From NCBI RefSeq assembly GCF_018350175.1, contig NC_058368.1, positions 191,148,001-191,212,000 on the forward strand: a DNA stretch of 64,000 nt, written 5' to 3'. The position numbers were made by a program, and so were the translations under genes. The notes below the pieces were generated by a model. The model saw nothing but the letters and a program-made list of their open reading frames with translations, had not been told where the DNA came from and did not search any database. Origin of the DNA: Felis catus. Taxonomy: Eukaryota. This document shows positions 1 through 12,635 of this stretch, in pieces. The number at the start of each line of letters is the position of its first letter. Position 1 is the first letter of the stretch.

Positions 1-419
1 TAAGAGTCTTGGGAAGATGTCGTCCTAGACTTTAGATACATACATTCCAGAAACTGCAAATATGTATTCATATTATAAATCAATAAACTGTCACCTTTAT
101 TAATTTACCTTTTGTTATTTTGATGTGATGAAATCCATCCCTCAGTGCTTAATCCCCCAGCAGTAGATTAACTGATAAGAATCTAGAATCTGGACTCCAA
201 ACTGGGATTATACCTTGATGTCTTCAAGATCCCCACTTTGAGATCTTGATTTCAGGAGCCTGATAATCTTTTCTTTTGTCATCTCTACAAAGCATAGTTT
301 CAATTACTGTAATAGGAATCAGGTGATTCTGAATTATCATCCTAACCATCATCTTCTCTGTACTATTCTATAAAACCAAGATCCTACCACATAGCTCCCA
401 TCTTCTAAATAAAAATTAA

Positions 420-2195
420 TTCATCTTACTTAACCAAGGAGGTGCAAAACTTGTACAATAAAAACTACAAAACACTACTAAAGCAAAGAAAATCTCAACA
501 AATGGAAACACAACTTATGTTCATGGGCTGAATGACTTACTAGTGTTAATACTGTTAAGATGTCAGTCAATACTACCCGAAACAATCTATAAATTCAATG
601 CAATCCCAATCAAATCCCAATAATTTTTATTTGAATAAATGAAAAAAAAAAAAAAAAACCTCCCACGGTGCCTGCGTAGTTCACTTAGTTAAGCGTCCAA
701 CTCTGGATTCTGGCTCAGGTCATGACCTCACAGTCGTGAGATCAAGCCTCTCACTCTGCCCCTGCCCTGATCCCCAGTCTGCTTAGGATTCTCTCCCCTT
801 CCCCCACTCACTCATGCACATGCTCTCTCTCTAAAAAGTAAAAATAAAAAATAAATAAAAATGAAACAATCCCATGCCAGAATTCATGTGGAATCTTAAA
901 GGATCCCAAATAGCCAAAATAATACTGAAAAAGAACAACACAGAAAGACTCATACTTGCTGATTTCAACTTGTTCTACAATGGTAGTCCCTAATTGGGAT
1001 CCCTAATTGATCCCAGTATAAAATGTAACTCAAAATGGATCAAAGACCTAAATGTAAAAACAGAAACTATAAAACTTTCAGAAGAAAACATAAGATTAAA
1101 ACTGTATACCATTGGATTTGGCAAGAATTTCTTGAATAGGACATCAAAGGCACAAGCAAGAAAATTTTAAAAAGTCGAGAAATTGGACTTCATAAGAAAT
1201 TTTGTGCATCAGAGTACACTATCAACAGAGTAAAAAGACAAGTCATCAAACAGGAGAAAATATTTGCAAATCATGTATCTCATAAGGGATTAACGTCTAG
1301 AATTTATACAGAACTCCTAAAACTCAATAAGAAAACAAACACACAATTTTGAAATGGGCAAAAGACTTCAATAAACATTTCTTCAAATAGAATACGGCCA
1401 ATAAGCACATGAAAAGATGCTCAATGTTACTAATTATTAGGACATACAAATCAAAACCACAGTGAGATATGACCTCATACCCTTTGGGATAGCTATTATT
1501 TAAACAAATGGGTTAGCAAGAATATGAAGAAACTGGAAGGCCTGCTTACTATTGATGTAAATATAAATGGTATACCCACTGCGGACAACAGTGAGGTGGG
1601 TTCCTCGGATAATAGAAAGAAAATTACCCTATAATCTAGCAATTCCATTTTTGGATATATACCCAAAAGAATTGAAAGTAGGGCCTCAAATATTTGTATT
1701 TGCACACCTATGGTATCTGTACACCCATGTGTGTAGCCGTATTACTCACAGTGGTGAAAATAAGGAAACAACTATCCGCCAAAAGATGAATGGATAAACA
1801 GACTGTGGTATGTACATACAACGATGATGAAGCCTTAAGATGTAAGGAAATTGTAACATCTATTACAATATACATGGACCTGAACATTATGCTGAGTGAA
1901 ATAAGGAGTCCCAAGAGAACAAATATTGTATGATTCCAACCATGTGAGGTACTTAGAATAGTCAAAATGATAGAGGCAGAAGTGGAATGGTAGTTGCCAG
2001 GGACTGGGGGAGGGAAGAATGGGGTTGCTATTTAATCAGCACAGGGTTTTAGTTTTACTAGATGAAAAGGATATGGAGATAGATAATGACAAAGGATGTG
2101 CATCACTGTGAATGTACTTAATACCACTGAACTGTGCACTTGAGTGTTAAGATGGTAAGTTTTTTGTTACGTGTATTTTGCAGGTTAAAAAAAAT
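420..2195 (+). mobile_element. Ancient L1 (L1MB-like): 3' part of ORF2 and 3'UTR, decayed
   Basis: Clear similarity to ORF2 of the young L1 (e.g. AACTCAAAATGGATCAAAGACCTAAATGT, CACATGAAAAGATGCTCA) and an L1M-type 3' end (GTGAATGTACTTAATACCACTGAACTGTGCACTT). Confidence 0.9.
667..860 (+). mobile_element. Old Can-SINE, internally deleted, nested in L1
   Basis: GGTGCCTGCGTAGTTCA...GGCTCAGGTCATGACCTCAC head, CT-rich region and A tail. Confidence 0.85.
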
Positions 2196-2509
2196 GAGGA
2201 AAAATGAATTCACCTTTTGACATGCCTAATTCATAGAACTATTGTGAAAATCAATGATCCGTTATTTAGTATAGGACATTCCCATGAAAAGTATAAAAAT
2301 CATACATACTCAAAGTGGTATTACTTGAAACATTTTTTTTTCCAAAATTAACTCTATTACATTTTCAGTTTTTATCAGGTTTTCAAGCCTTACAGAAGGC
2401 AACAGCAGTTACCACTCCTAATGGATTTGAACTAGTACAGGAGACAAATTCTTAGAGCTGGCCTGGGTCCTTTAACGTGGGGCATCTTAAAGTGTGAACT
2501 ACCATCTGT

Positions 2510-2720
2510 ATCCTGCTCTACCCTTCTTTCCCACTAGCACCTATCGCCTTCTAACATAATATGATTTACTTAGCAATTGTGTTTTTTTTAGTTTTTTTGT
2601 CTCTCCTGTTTAGCTCCTCATGAATGGGTCTCATTGTCTATCATGTTCACTGATATACGCCAAGCCCCTGGAATAATGTCAAGCACATAGTAGGTATGAC
2701 AGCAGATATTACCGATTTCA
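2510..2720 (+). mobile_element. L2 3' end fragment
   Basis: Typical L2 tail: TGTTCACTGATATAC...CCTGGAATAATGTCAAGCACATAGTAGGTA. Confidence 0.6.
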
Positions 2721-4299
2721 TCAATTTTTATCTAACCCAAGTAGTTATCATTAAGTTATATAGGGTAAAACATAGACGTTCATCTTTATTCAGGCCCTCA
2801 TAAGCCTAATACCTTCCAAAGGAGTTATTTCTAGGCAGGTGCCTTTTTGTTCATTTTGGAACTGTCTGAAATACATGGTAGATGGGTCGCCAACTTATTG
2901 GATTATTTAATCAATATTTATTAAGCACCTACTATGCACTAAGCCCTTTTCTAGATGATTTCCTCAATTACATTCTCTCTGGCCAAGCCTGATTATGGAC
3001 TCCTGGGTTGCTACTACTAATGCAGAAGATTTACATTGTAAGACAAACTGTCAGGTGCACATCACCATTTGTGTAAGATAACTGAACTAGTCAGGCGATG
3101 TAATCCTGTCTGAGCCAGCTTCCACTCTACTCGAGGTTAATAGAATACGGCATGAAGCCCAAACGCTAATCTTTCATAAATATGAGAAAGGAAATTAACT
3201 AGACCTACACTTATGTAGATTGCAGGTATGGTTCTATTTTTGTCACTATCTTCCAAAGGAAACCCCGTTGCAATGAACAACCATTGAGTGAATGAGAAAA
3301 TGCTCTAATGCTTTTCCCCCAAGGTCCCCAATCACAGAACCAGCGGCCTTTAATTGTGACTCATTTACTTAATGTAGTATTAAAAAAAAAAAAACAAAAC
3401 TGCTGTCATGTGGAGCTTTGAGATATCCTGCACTCAATGACATGTTCTTCTATTTGTACATTAGAAATGGCATACAACAGAATCTAACAAACTTCAAAAC
3501 TCCAGTGCTTTATGGCTCTTTTTTTTTGGCCTCATTTATTTTCCTGATTTATTCTTGTCCTTTCGTGCCCTTAGTCTCCTCTGCTTTGTCTTCAAACATC
3601 TAATTGCCATGTGTTCTGATGGATAAGCCCGGCTGTGGGCTCCTGTTTTCAGTAATAGCAGCTCTCTCCCTTTATCACTCTTTTTACAAAGGAGATTTTC
3701 CTAATTAAATGATCTTTGCACTCGTCATTTCCTAACTCTCATTTCATATCTGCTTTGCTAGATGATCGCCAAGGTCCCCTTCCAGTTCTAAAATTCTATG
3801 ACATTTGTGTGTGACAAATACTAAGGAGATCATAGAATTCATCATTCTCTTCTAATTTTTTTTAGTATTATAGCCTGCTTTCTCATTTCAGTGATATTTT
3901 ACAGTCAATTTGCCTTCAGATTTTTCTCACAGAATCTTTTCCAACAACTGGAGGTTTTTTAGCTTCCAAAAACACAGAACATCTGTGTCACTGGCAAGTT
4001 CGCCATAGGCTGCCTTAATGGTAGGTGTTGAAAGAGCTAGAACTTTTGGTGTATCATATGTTAGAGGAGGCACATAGACAGCGATGAAAACCCCCTTCTT
4101 CCTGACTGAACCCATGGCAGACAGGGCCCATGGCTTCCAGAAAACACTTCCAGCTGAGGAAGGAAGTAATCTCAGAATACTTTTACCATATAGGAGGCAT
4201 CAGGAAACCATTCCTAACGAATGTGAGTAGGTAACTGGAAATGAGACCTGAGAACGGGCTTGAGTCAGCCTTTAAACCAAACTTCTCCAAGGATGAGTT

Positions 4300-4530
4300 A
4301 CTGTCTTTTTCCTGCTCTATTTTTACTTTTCCACAGAACATATTACATTCTAACATAACATATAATTTACTTAGTTATCATATTTATTATTTTGTCTCTC
4401 CTGCTAAAATACAAACTTTCCAAGGCCCACAAGTTCTGTCTATGGAGGTCACCGACACGCGCCAAGCATCTGGAATAACGCCAGGCACACAGCAGGTACT
4501 CAAGAAATAGGTCTAATAAAGAAATGAATG
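4300..4530 (+). mobile_element. L2 3' end fragment
   Basis: CTGGAATAACGCCAGGCACACAGCAGGTACTCAAGAAATA...GAATGAATGA-like end. Confidence 0.6.
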
Positions 4531-4558
4531 ATTTCTTCCTCCACCAGCATCTGAATCT

Positions 4559-4725
4559 CAGGGTCCAGCCCAGAATGAAGTGAATGAGGCCTCTAGGGTG
4601 CAAAATTTAAGGAGGCACTCACCCTCAGGGTCAACACTGCCCAAACACACTCTCAGGGAGTCAAGAGGACTCCCTCAATTTTGCATCTCAGGCACCTCAC
4701 TTGCCTTGCCCCAATCCAAGATCCG
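4559..4725. mobile_element. hAT-Blackjack MITE relic (MER81-like)
   Basis: Long imperfect inverted arms: GAGGCCTCTAGGGTGCAAAATTTAAGGAGGCACTC vs GACTCCCTCAATTTTGCATCTCAGGCACCTCACTTGCC. Confidence 0.6.
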
Positions 4726-6960
4726 ACAACCATCATTATTAAAAATACACGTTATTTTTCCCACCATACCCTGTACCTATTAAATCACAACCATTGTGGG
4801 AAAAATGGTGGCCTGGAATTTCACATGTCATGAGCTACTTGGTCATTCCTACACACAATTTTATTTGAGAATCAGCGCTTTAAATTCAGTAGCACTGCCA
4901 AGAAGACTTTGTCCCTAAATCATCTTGAGCCAGTTTGTTCATTTCATTCAAGGCCCTTCATGAATTTTGTGTAGCTTAGCTTTGCCCTCTTTTCCCTGAC
5001 AGAGCTCTGATAGTAGCTAATGCATCATCTTTTCATGGCCCAGAACACTGCTCCCAACATGACTATATACTGCACCTGTCATATAATGCCGTTTGATGTA
5101 TACCACCATTGCCACTCACATATGAGGAAATTATGGCACATAAAGATTACAAGTAAGTCACCTGTGGTCATGCAGATTCATAGAGACTACATTCTAGACA
5201 GAATTCCTTCAATATTCTAGCTCCCAGGGAATTGCTGTCATGCAATTCCTAGATCCTCTCAGATTTCTTCTTTACTCAGGTATTCTCTTTATTGAGAAAG
5301 CTTTTCCACTCATTCTTCTGCCAAAATCATCCCCATTAAAATCACACCCATTCTCCATTATCCAAGTAAAATTCCATTTCTTCAGGAAGCCATCTTCAAA
5401 CACCGTGGTGTGAAGTACCCTTCCCTTTCTTGTGGTCATTTAACTTGGTTTCTCTCTTGTTTACCCTAAATTAGGTTTGGTGCAGAACTAACCAGATCTG
5501 ATTAAATATTTTAACACACTAGCCCTTATCAAGCCTTATTTCCTCTACGTGTTGTCCCTTTCTATCATTAAAGCACCACCCATGCTATTCTATACTCCCT
5601 GCTTCTGAAGAAAAAAATCACCATGAAGAAAAAAAAATAAGTAAGTAAGTAGACTCTTGGCTCTTGAGTTTCAAAAGTCCAGCACATTCTCCTAGAGAAG
5701 AAATTACTCATGAGCAAAGGCCATCAGTTAGAGAAATCTTTTGATGAGTAGAGGCCTCAGCTTTCTGGATGACTTGTAATTCCACCCACCCAGTTAGATA
5801 AAAATCCCCAACTTGGATGAGAAGTAGAGGGGAAGGCAAGGAATAAACAGAGATTTTAGGTTCATAAAGAAGGGGAGCCCCACAACAAGTGCAGATGTGA
5901 CAAATCTTATTAGTTTAGAAAGACAGGAGAGCAGCAAGGACCTGTACATCAACTGTGGACTGGAGCCCAAGAAAGCAGCAAAACTCTAGAGAAAACCTGT
6001 GGCTGTACACACAGGCAGAGGGGGCATGATGCACACAGAGCATGACTCAGGGTAACAAATCAACTAATTTTGCCCAAAGCAGTATCAAACCAGACAGTGC
6101 CTTAGTGTTAAAGGTGCTTTCTTAGACTAAGGTGGCATTTAAGCAGCAAAATGATTTCACATGCCCCAAAGCAGTTTGCCAAGATCTGAGGAAAAGCTGT
6201 TCTTGAGTGGTAGGGATGATGAGTGATTCCACAGTGTCTAGAATGGCCAATGGGCCACATGGCAACAAGAGTATCATGCATGTATCAGCACTGACAGATC
6301 ATGACCAGTCCATTTTCATGACCCATCCTCCACCAGCCATGATCCTGACACTTTAGAACTTGGACAGTTGTCCCCATGTTTATATCTTACATTCCGTTTG
6401 TACCACAAAGTTTCCCTTGATTATGATCAGCTCTCTGGCTCAAGCCCCGGCACAGGGCGTGCTCAACACGTTTATGTATATGAATCTCATAAATTTGAAA
6501 ATGGATATTTTTGCCAGGAAAACCCTCTAATGACATGAATAGTCATTAGAGTGGCCAATAACAAGATCTGAGAAGTGGATACCTCTATCATGGCTGTCTA
6601 ATCATAGCTGTTTGGTTCAGATCAAAAACACCCCCACATCCTGAGTTCTGGAATACGCAGCAGTAACAAACAGTATAAAGAAAGCACATGAGAGATACAG
6701 CTATTTTATTTTGGTTTGTAAAAATCAAAGTCCACTGAATTCTTAAAAGACCCACAAAACAGTGACATTTGCTGAGGCTCCACCAGAGAGGGCCTCTTTA
6801 AAATTTAAAAAAATGAAACACATAGTTTCTGGTGAGTTTTCCTTGGGGAAGGTTAGATGTTGGAATATCCTTAACTTCAAGGTAATTTATACATTTCAGA
6901 CAACTGAAGGCCTTCATTTTTTGATCAAGGGAAAAAAATATATATCAATGTATAGATTTT

Positions 6961-7050
6961 TTTAACATTTATTTATTTTTGAGAGACACAGAGAGACAGT
7001 ATGAGCAGGGGAGAGACAGAGAGAGAGAGAGACAGACAGACACACACGCG

Positions 7051-7097
<47 letters not shown>

Positions 7098-7224
7098 TCT
7101 GAAGCAAGCTCCAGGCTCTGAGCTGCCAGCACAGAGCCCGATGCAGGGTTCGAACTCATGAGCTGTGAGATCATGACCTGAGCCGAAGTTGGATGCCCAA
7201 ATGACTGAGCCACCTGGGTGCCCC
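6961..7224 (-). mobile_element. Can-SINE with internal (CA)n expansion
   Basis: Reverse-complement SINE head ends at 7224. TSD AATGTATAGATTTT at 6947-6960 and 7225-7238. (CA)n at ~7054-7094. Confidence 0.95.
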
Positions 7225-8360
7225 AATGTATAGATTTTCTTTTTAAAAAAAGGAATACATAGCTGAAATGAGGATAGAAAAAAAAATGAAAGGAAAAAGA
7301 AATAGACACACTATATAATAAACCAAGTCATCTTACTTTCTGACCGCTACCACCATTGGAACATTTGAACCAAAAGACTTAGATTTCAATTTTACAAATA
7401 AAATAAAATTCAGAGACTGAGTTAAAAGTAAAGATATGTGAAAACTGAGACTCCATGGGAAATAACAATTTCTTGAATGGGTGTTAAAGCTTGTCAGAGG
7501 ACTTAAGAATACTGAACATTGGAGTATGCATCCCAAACCTAGCTTACTTTGTAAATCTGTTGTTTTGTATAACTAACCTTTCCAAAGAAATAAGATGCGG
7601 GACCTGATCTCAGCCTTAGGACAACATGAGGAAGCACTAGGTCACTTAGGTGTTTTTGATGTAACTGGCATCACCATGGGCTAGTGATCCTCATGTTATT
7701 TGTTTTCTTATCCTGGGGGTTTTGTCTCCTGCTTGTAGACGTGATGAATTCTTGGCTGCAGCAAACTAGCAGCAATGGAGGACTTCAAGGGGTAGGGATG
7801 GTATGGTCTTCAGAACGAGCTGTATTCTTTTGGATTTGTATTTAATCAAAGCCTCATTAGTAAGATACTCCAGATTTGGGATGTTTTTGAGAAATCTCAT
7901 GAGTTTCAGACAGGGGAGGAAAAGGGAAATCAATAAAAATGTGAGGGCACATTACAATAGCAGCGTTTCAGGAGGACTGAGGCAGGGATAGCTTCTTAAT
8001 TCCAACTATTTTTAAAAATCATTTCATCATTTAAAAATCAACTAATAAGATGACTAGAATGAAAAACATCTGTGCCCTAGTCATCTATCCTTCCCTAGCC
8101 TCCCACATCCCAGAGACACAATTTTCAACCCTTTTAGTTTTTCCTTCTAGTATTTGCCGTCATGTTTTCAATTCACATGAGTATATTTCAGTTATCGATC
8201 TTCCACGTTTAGCTATTACTCATTGATTTGCTACTAAGTAAGATGGCAGTTTAACTCTCTACTGCCACCAGCCACCTTCACACCCCCACTAGTTTCCCTC
8301 TCCTTCTTCCTCTTGGTATAATTTAATCACATCTTTAATAAAATCCATATGTGGCTTTTA

Positions 8361-8581
8361 TTTTTTTTTAATTTTTTTCAACGTTTATTTATTTTTGGGA
8401 CAGAGAGAGACAGAGCATGAACAGGGGAGGGGCAGAGAGAGAGGGAGACACAGAATCGGAAACAGGCTCCAGGCTCTGAGCCATCAGCTCAGAGCCTGAC
8501 GCGGGGCTCGAACTCACAGACCGCGAGATCATGACCTGGCTGAAGTCGGGCGCTTAACCGACTGCACCACCCAGGCGCCCC
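8361..8581 (-). mobile_element. Young feliform Can-SINE
   Basis: CpG-rich consensus-like body; TSD ATATGTG(G/A)CTTTTA at 8347-8360 and 8585-8598. Confidence 0.95.
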
Positions 8582-8799
8582 TTTATATGTGACTTTTAAA
8601 AACATGATTACGACTATGTAAATATTTGTCATTACTAAGCTATGTCAAATACTATTTCAATTCCATTCCATTTCAACACTCCATTTTTCCTTGAGTTAAT
8701 TGCCTCTTTTATTCTTTATATGTTTGTCTTTCTTTGAAATGCCACTAACATTTGCCTGACAGTCCAGTTATTGACCGCTAGGACAATGGCCTCAGCTGG

Positions 8800-9115
8800 A
8801 ACAACTGGGGTAATATGGCATCTGCTCCATGTAGTTCTTCCAATGGATTAGCCCAGATGTGTCGTCTTGGGTTGGCCAGGGGAAAAAAAAAAGCAGTAGA
8901 GATGTCCAACTCTTTGTTTGAATGATTTGCCTAGCATTTACTTCTGTTACATTTGCTAACATCTCACTGGTCAAGACAAGTCACAAAGCCAAACTCAAAT
9001 TCAAGGGGCAAGAAAATAGACTCTGAACCTTTGGCGGGAAAACTGCCATCACATGGCAAATGACTATAGACAAAGGAAGGGAGGAAGAAGAAGGACCATT
9101 ACTTTAACTGGTCTT
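8800..9115 (-). mobile_element. MaLR LTR fragment (MLT1-like)
   Basis: TCACTGGTCAAGACAAGTCACAAAGCCAAACTCAAATTCAAGGGG...AAATAGACTC resembles the MLT1 consensus as recalled. Confidence 0.6.
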
Positions 9116-9248
9116 TCAGTCATGAATCAGGTGACCATATTCTGAATGGGTCTGTTTCTGATTCTCTAGCTTCTTCTTTTCATTTGTCCTACTCAAATCA
9201 ATACTCCATCTGAATTAGTGGAGCTCTGTAATACGCCTTAATAATTTG

Positions 9249-9633
9249 TGTTCAAAAACAAAAACAAAAAAACCCACAGACCGAAAATGCTATCAGTTAG
9301 ACAAAGCACCCCAACCAGTGCTTACTACATAATCAGTTTCAAAGTCCCCCAGAACTACAGTCTTAACAGTCAGTCAGAAATTGTTCAGCAGCACCAAAGA
9401 GTGCCACATGGGTCCTCCCCATCCCTCAAAGAGGAGATGATCTGCACCCTAGAAGATGCGTTGCCTGAAACAATCTTTTTCTTTTGCTTCAATTTCTTTG
9501 CCCCCTCCTGCTTCCATTTGGTGCAACTCCTTGGACTGTCGACTTGTTAGATGGGGTACTGCTGGATTCATGAATCATTTAATAAAGCCAATTAAACCTT
9601 CAAATTTCCTTGGCTGAATTTTGTTATTTAACA
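9249..9633 (+). mobile_element. Solo ERV1-class LTR (MER34/carnivore LTR-like)
   Basis: TG...CA termini; GATTCATGAATCATTTAATAAAGCCAATT polyA-signal region; AATTTTGTTATTTAACA end; approximate 4-bp flanks TTTG/CTTG. Confidence 0.7.
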
Positions 9634-9659
9634 CTTGTAATGTTAAATCTTAGAATTTG

Positions 9660-9785
9660 TTGTTCTTGATAATAGCCTGGACTATTTTTGGCTCTTTTCA
9701 TTTCCATATAAATTTTAGAATCCAGTTTTGCTAATCTCCAAAAGTATCTCTTGGGATTTTAATTGGGATTGCACTGAACTGCCAA
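9660..9785 (-). mobile_element. Old L1 ORF2 fragment
   Basis: TTCCATATAAATTTTAGAATC...GGGATTTTAATTGGGATTGCACTGAA is antisense L1 ORF2. Confidence 0.75.
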
Positions 9786-10080
9786 TGTGGAACTTTACCG
9801 AACCCTGTGCTCCTGGAAAATAGCAAAGGTCAAGATATCTCCCTACCCTTTTGTTCCAAAAAAAGAGCTTACTTCAAAGGATTATCTTCCCTTACATGAC
9901 TTGAAGAGGATCCAAAGGTGCCCACCTTATTTATCCAGGACAAATCCAGATACAGACCCTCAGAATTACCATTTCTTTGATTCAGAAATGATGCACTGAT
10001 CTCTTTGCACTCAGTGACTAATCCGGAAAAAATGCATATATACATCTCTTGTGTTTTTTTTTTATATGTTTGCATGTTCA
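9786..10080 (+). mobile_element. Partial ERV1-class LTR (MER34-like)
   Basis: Begins TGTGGAACTTTACCGAACCCTGTGCTCCTGGAAAA and interrupts the L1 fragment; 3' end uncertain. Confidence 0.55.
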
Positions 10081-11493
10081 ACTATAGTATCATCTGAAAA
10101 AGTTGGAAAATCAGGAACTTATTAATATTCAACCACTCACGTGGGAGGGATAGAATAAAATGTATAATCTTTATAGAGGAAAAATCATGAATATCATTAT
10201 ATGCCTCACACACCCATAATTTGACCAAAGATATTTTCTTAGAAGTGATGTTTTCAGGCACTAAATTCACTAAGTACGCAATTATGTATATACTGGAAGA
10301 TTTACACAAGCATTGTTTTCAATAGAGGAAAAAAGGAAACAGTTCAATTCTCCAACAAAAGAGGAATGGATGAATACAACTATATTCATTGCTAAATATG
10401 GTATCAGTACATTAGATTTTTAAAAAATAAAACCACACATAAAATTTTTGTTGGAAACATTTATATGTGTATACGTGCATTTAAAATATGAAAGCACATA
10501 TTAAAATGTTACTAGTCAACATCTGGTGAACTACACAAAATGTCTATAAAATATAAGCTTATATAGGTGTTAAAAATAGCACCACAAGGAAACAATGATG
10601 AAAGCAGGAAAGAGGTCAATAGCCTTTATTTCTACTTGATTCTGAAAAGTTGTTATTTATCAGCCTAAGACTGAGGTTTAGCCTTGGTTATTCACTTCCG
10701 AAAAGAGTAACTGAGCACTGGACCCATTAGAGAAACATTAGTGGTAGGAAATTTTAGACACTGTTAGAAGCTCAAACAATATATATATTGACAACCATTA
10801 ATAAATTCAATTAAGTGTGGGATCTGATCTCTGTTATACCACCTGTCTTCATGATGATTACCATCTGTTAAGCATGTATATGGCCTGACATTTGCTAAGT
10901 ATTTTGCACCTATTAGTTGTCCCTAGCATTCCGTAGAAGAGGAAAACTGAGGCTCTGGGGACTAATATGTATCATTTACTTTTATATATAAAATTGCATT
11001 AAGAAATTCACTTACACATTTGTTGTATGTATATAGCAAGTCAAAGAAAATTAACCTGGATGTATAGACAGATGTACCTCTCTAATTGGCCAAAGGGGTT
11101 TGCTGTGACTGCTTTCATATTCATCTATTCCTGTTTTGAAGTGCGCTCAAAGAACTAAGGTTTGGACATGTCGGCGATGAACTGAGGCGGTAACAGAACA
11201 GGGCAAGCTATTTCATTATAAATCTTTTCAGTCCATGTTGCTGCCCTTGAAACATTATCAAATAGCATTCCCTTTAGTTACTATTTAGACAAAGGGTATA
11301 AAATTCATGCTAAGCTCTCCCTACCCTTAAAGTCATCGCTCTTCTCTGTATCTTCTCAAACTGGTCAATGCTCTGCATTGAACAAATACCGTGTTCACAA
11401 GACTACCCTGCCAAGTTAATCAGTGACAAGAATCAGATCACTGATCACCCAGAATTTGGAGAGCAGCTGAGGAGAGATGTAGGCTGAGTTAGG

Positions 11494-11655
11494 ACTTAAG
11501 GAATCTTTTGGGTATGGTGCAAGGGTTCTCTATCTTGATGGTGGGAGTAGTAATTTCATGCATGCGTATGTCTGACTAAACAGAATTGCACACTTAAAAT
11601 AAAAGCAGCGAATTGCATGTAAATTATATCTTAACAAAGTTGGTTAAATAAATAA
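11494..11655 (+). mobile_element. Ancient L1M 3' terminal fragment
   Basis: GTTCTCTATCTTGATGGTGG...TGCATGTAAATTATATCTTAACAAAG. Confidence 0.65.
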
Positions 11656-11824
11656 ACTGGCGAAATAGTTCCTGTACCTCAGGAGAACTTAATGATCATG
11701 TAGCAACTCTTTCTCTTTCTATACTTTCTGAAGCTTCTGTTGACTATGAGACCCAAAAGCCACTTTCCAAACCATCCAGGTATATTCCATTTTAAATATC
11801 TCAGTTTAAAAAAGGTTATCTGGA

Positions 11825-12635
11825 GAACGGAGTCGCCGGAGCCAAACGCAGACGAGAGGCCCACGGAAGAGGGTAGGAAGGGCGGCGAGGCAGTGCGCGC
11901 TCCACGGACTGGCGGGAGGGAGCCGGGGTGGAGGGGCGGCTCGGGGCCAAGCAGAGCCCCTGAGTCTGGCTGGCAAAAGCGGAGGGGCCTGACGGACTGT
12001 GTTCCCACAACAAGCGCGACTTAGCGTCTGGGAGGTCATAAGTTAACAGCTCTGCTCGGAAAGCGGGAAGGCAGGAGGACAAAGGGAGGGAGAGCTGCTG
12101 AGCCCCCTGACGACAGAGCTCAGTTTGGTGGGGAACAAAGGCTCTCGCCAGCGCCATCTCCCCCGCCCATCCCCCAGCCAAAATCCCAAAGAGAACCGGT
12201 TCCTGCCAGGGAACTTGCTCGCTCCGCGCAAACACCCAACTCTGTGCTTCTGCGGAGCCAAACCTCCGGCAGCGGATCTGACTCCCTCCCGCTGCCACAG
12301 GGCCCCTCCTGAAGAGGATCACCTAAGGAGAAGCGATCTAAGCCTGCCCCTCCTGCCCCCGTGCACCTTGCCTCCCCACCCCAGCTAGTACGCCAGATCC
12401 CCAGCATCACAAGCCTGGCAGTGTGCAAGTAGCCCAGACGGGCCACACCACCCCACAGTGAATCCCACCCCTAGGAGAGGGGAAGAGAAGGCACACACCA
12501 GTCTGACTGTGGCCCCAGCGGTGGGCTGGGGGCAGACATCAGGTCTGACTGCGGCCCCGCCCACCAACTCCAGTTATACACCACAACACAGGGGAAGGGC
12601 CCTGCAGGTCCTCACCGTGCCAGGGACTATCCAAA
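11825..12635 (+). promoter_or_regulatory. L1 5'UTR internal promoter / CpG-rich island
   Basis: Sharp rise in GC and CpG relative to the flanks, directly upstream of ORF1. No CAAGATGGC (YY1-type) start motif was seen, so the extreme 5' end may be missing. Confidence 0.7.

Noticed and set aside
6525..6551. Perfect 10-bp hairpin CTCTAATGAC/GTCATTAGAG
   Set aside because: Isolated, too short for a pre-miRNA and without supporting context.
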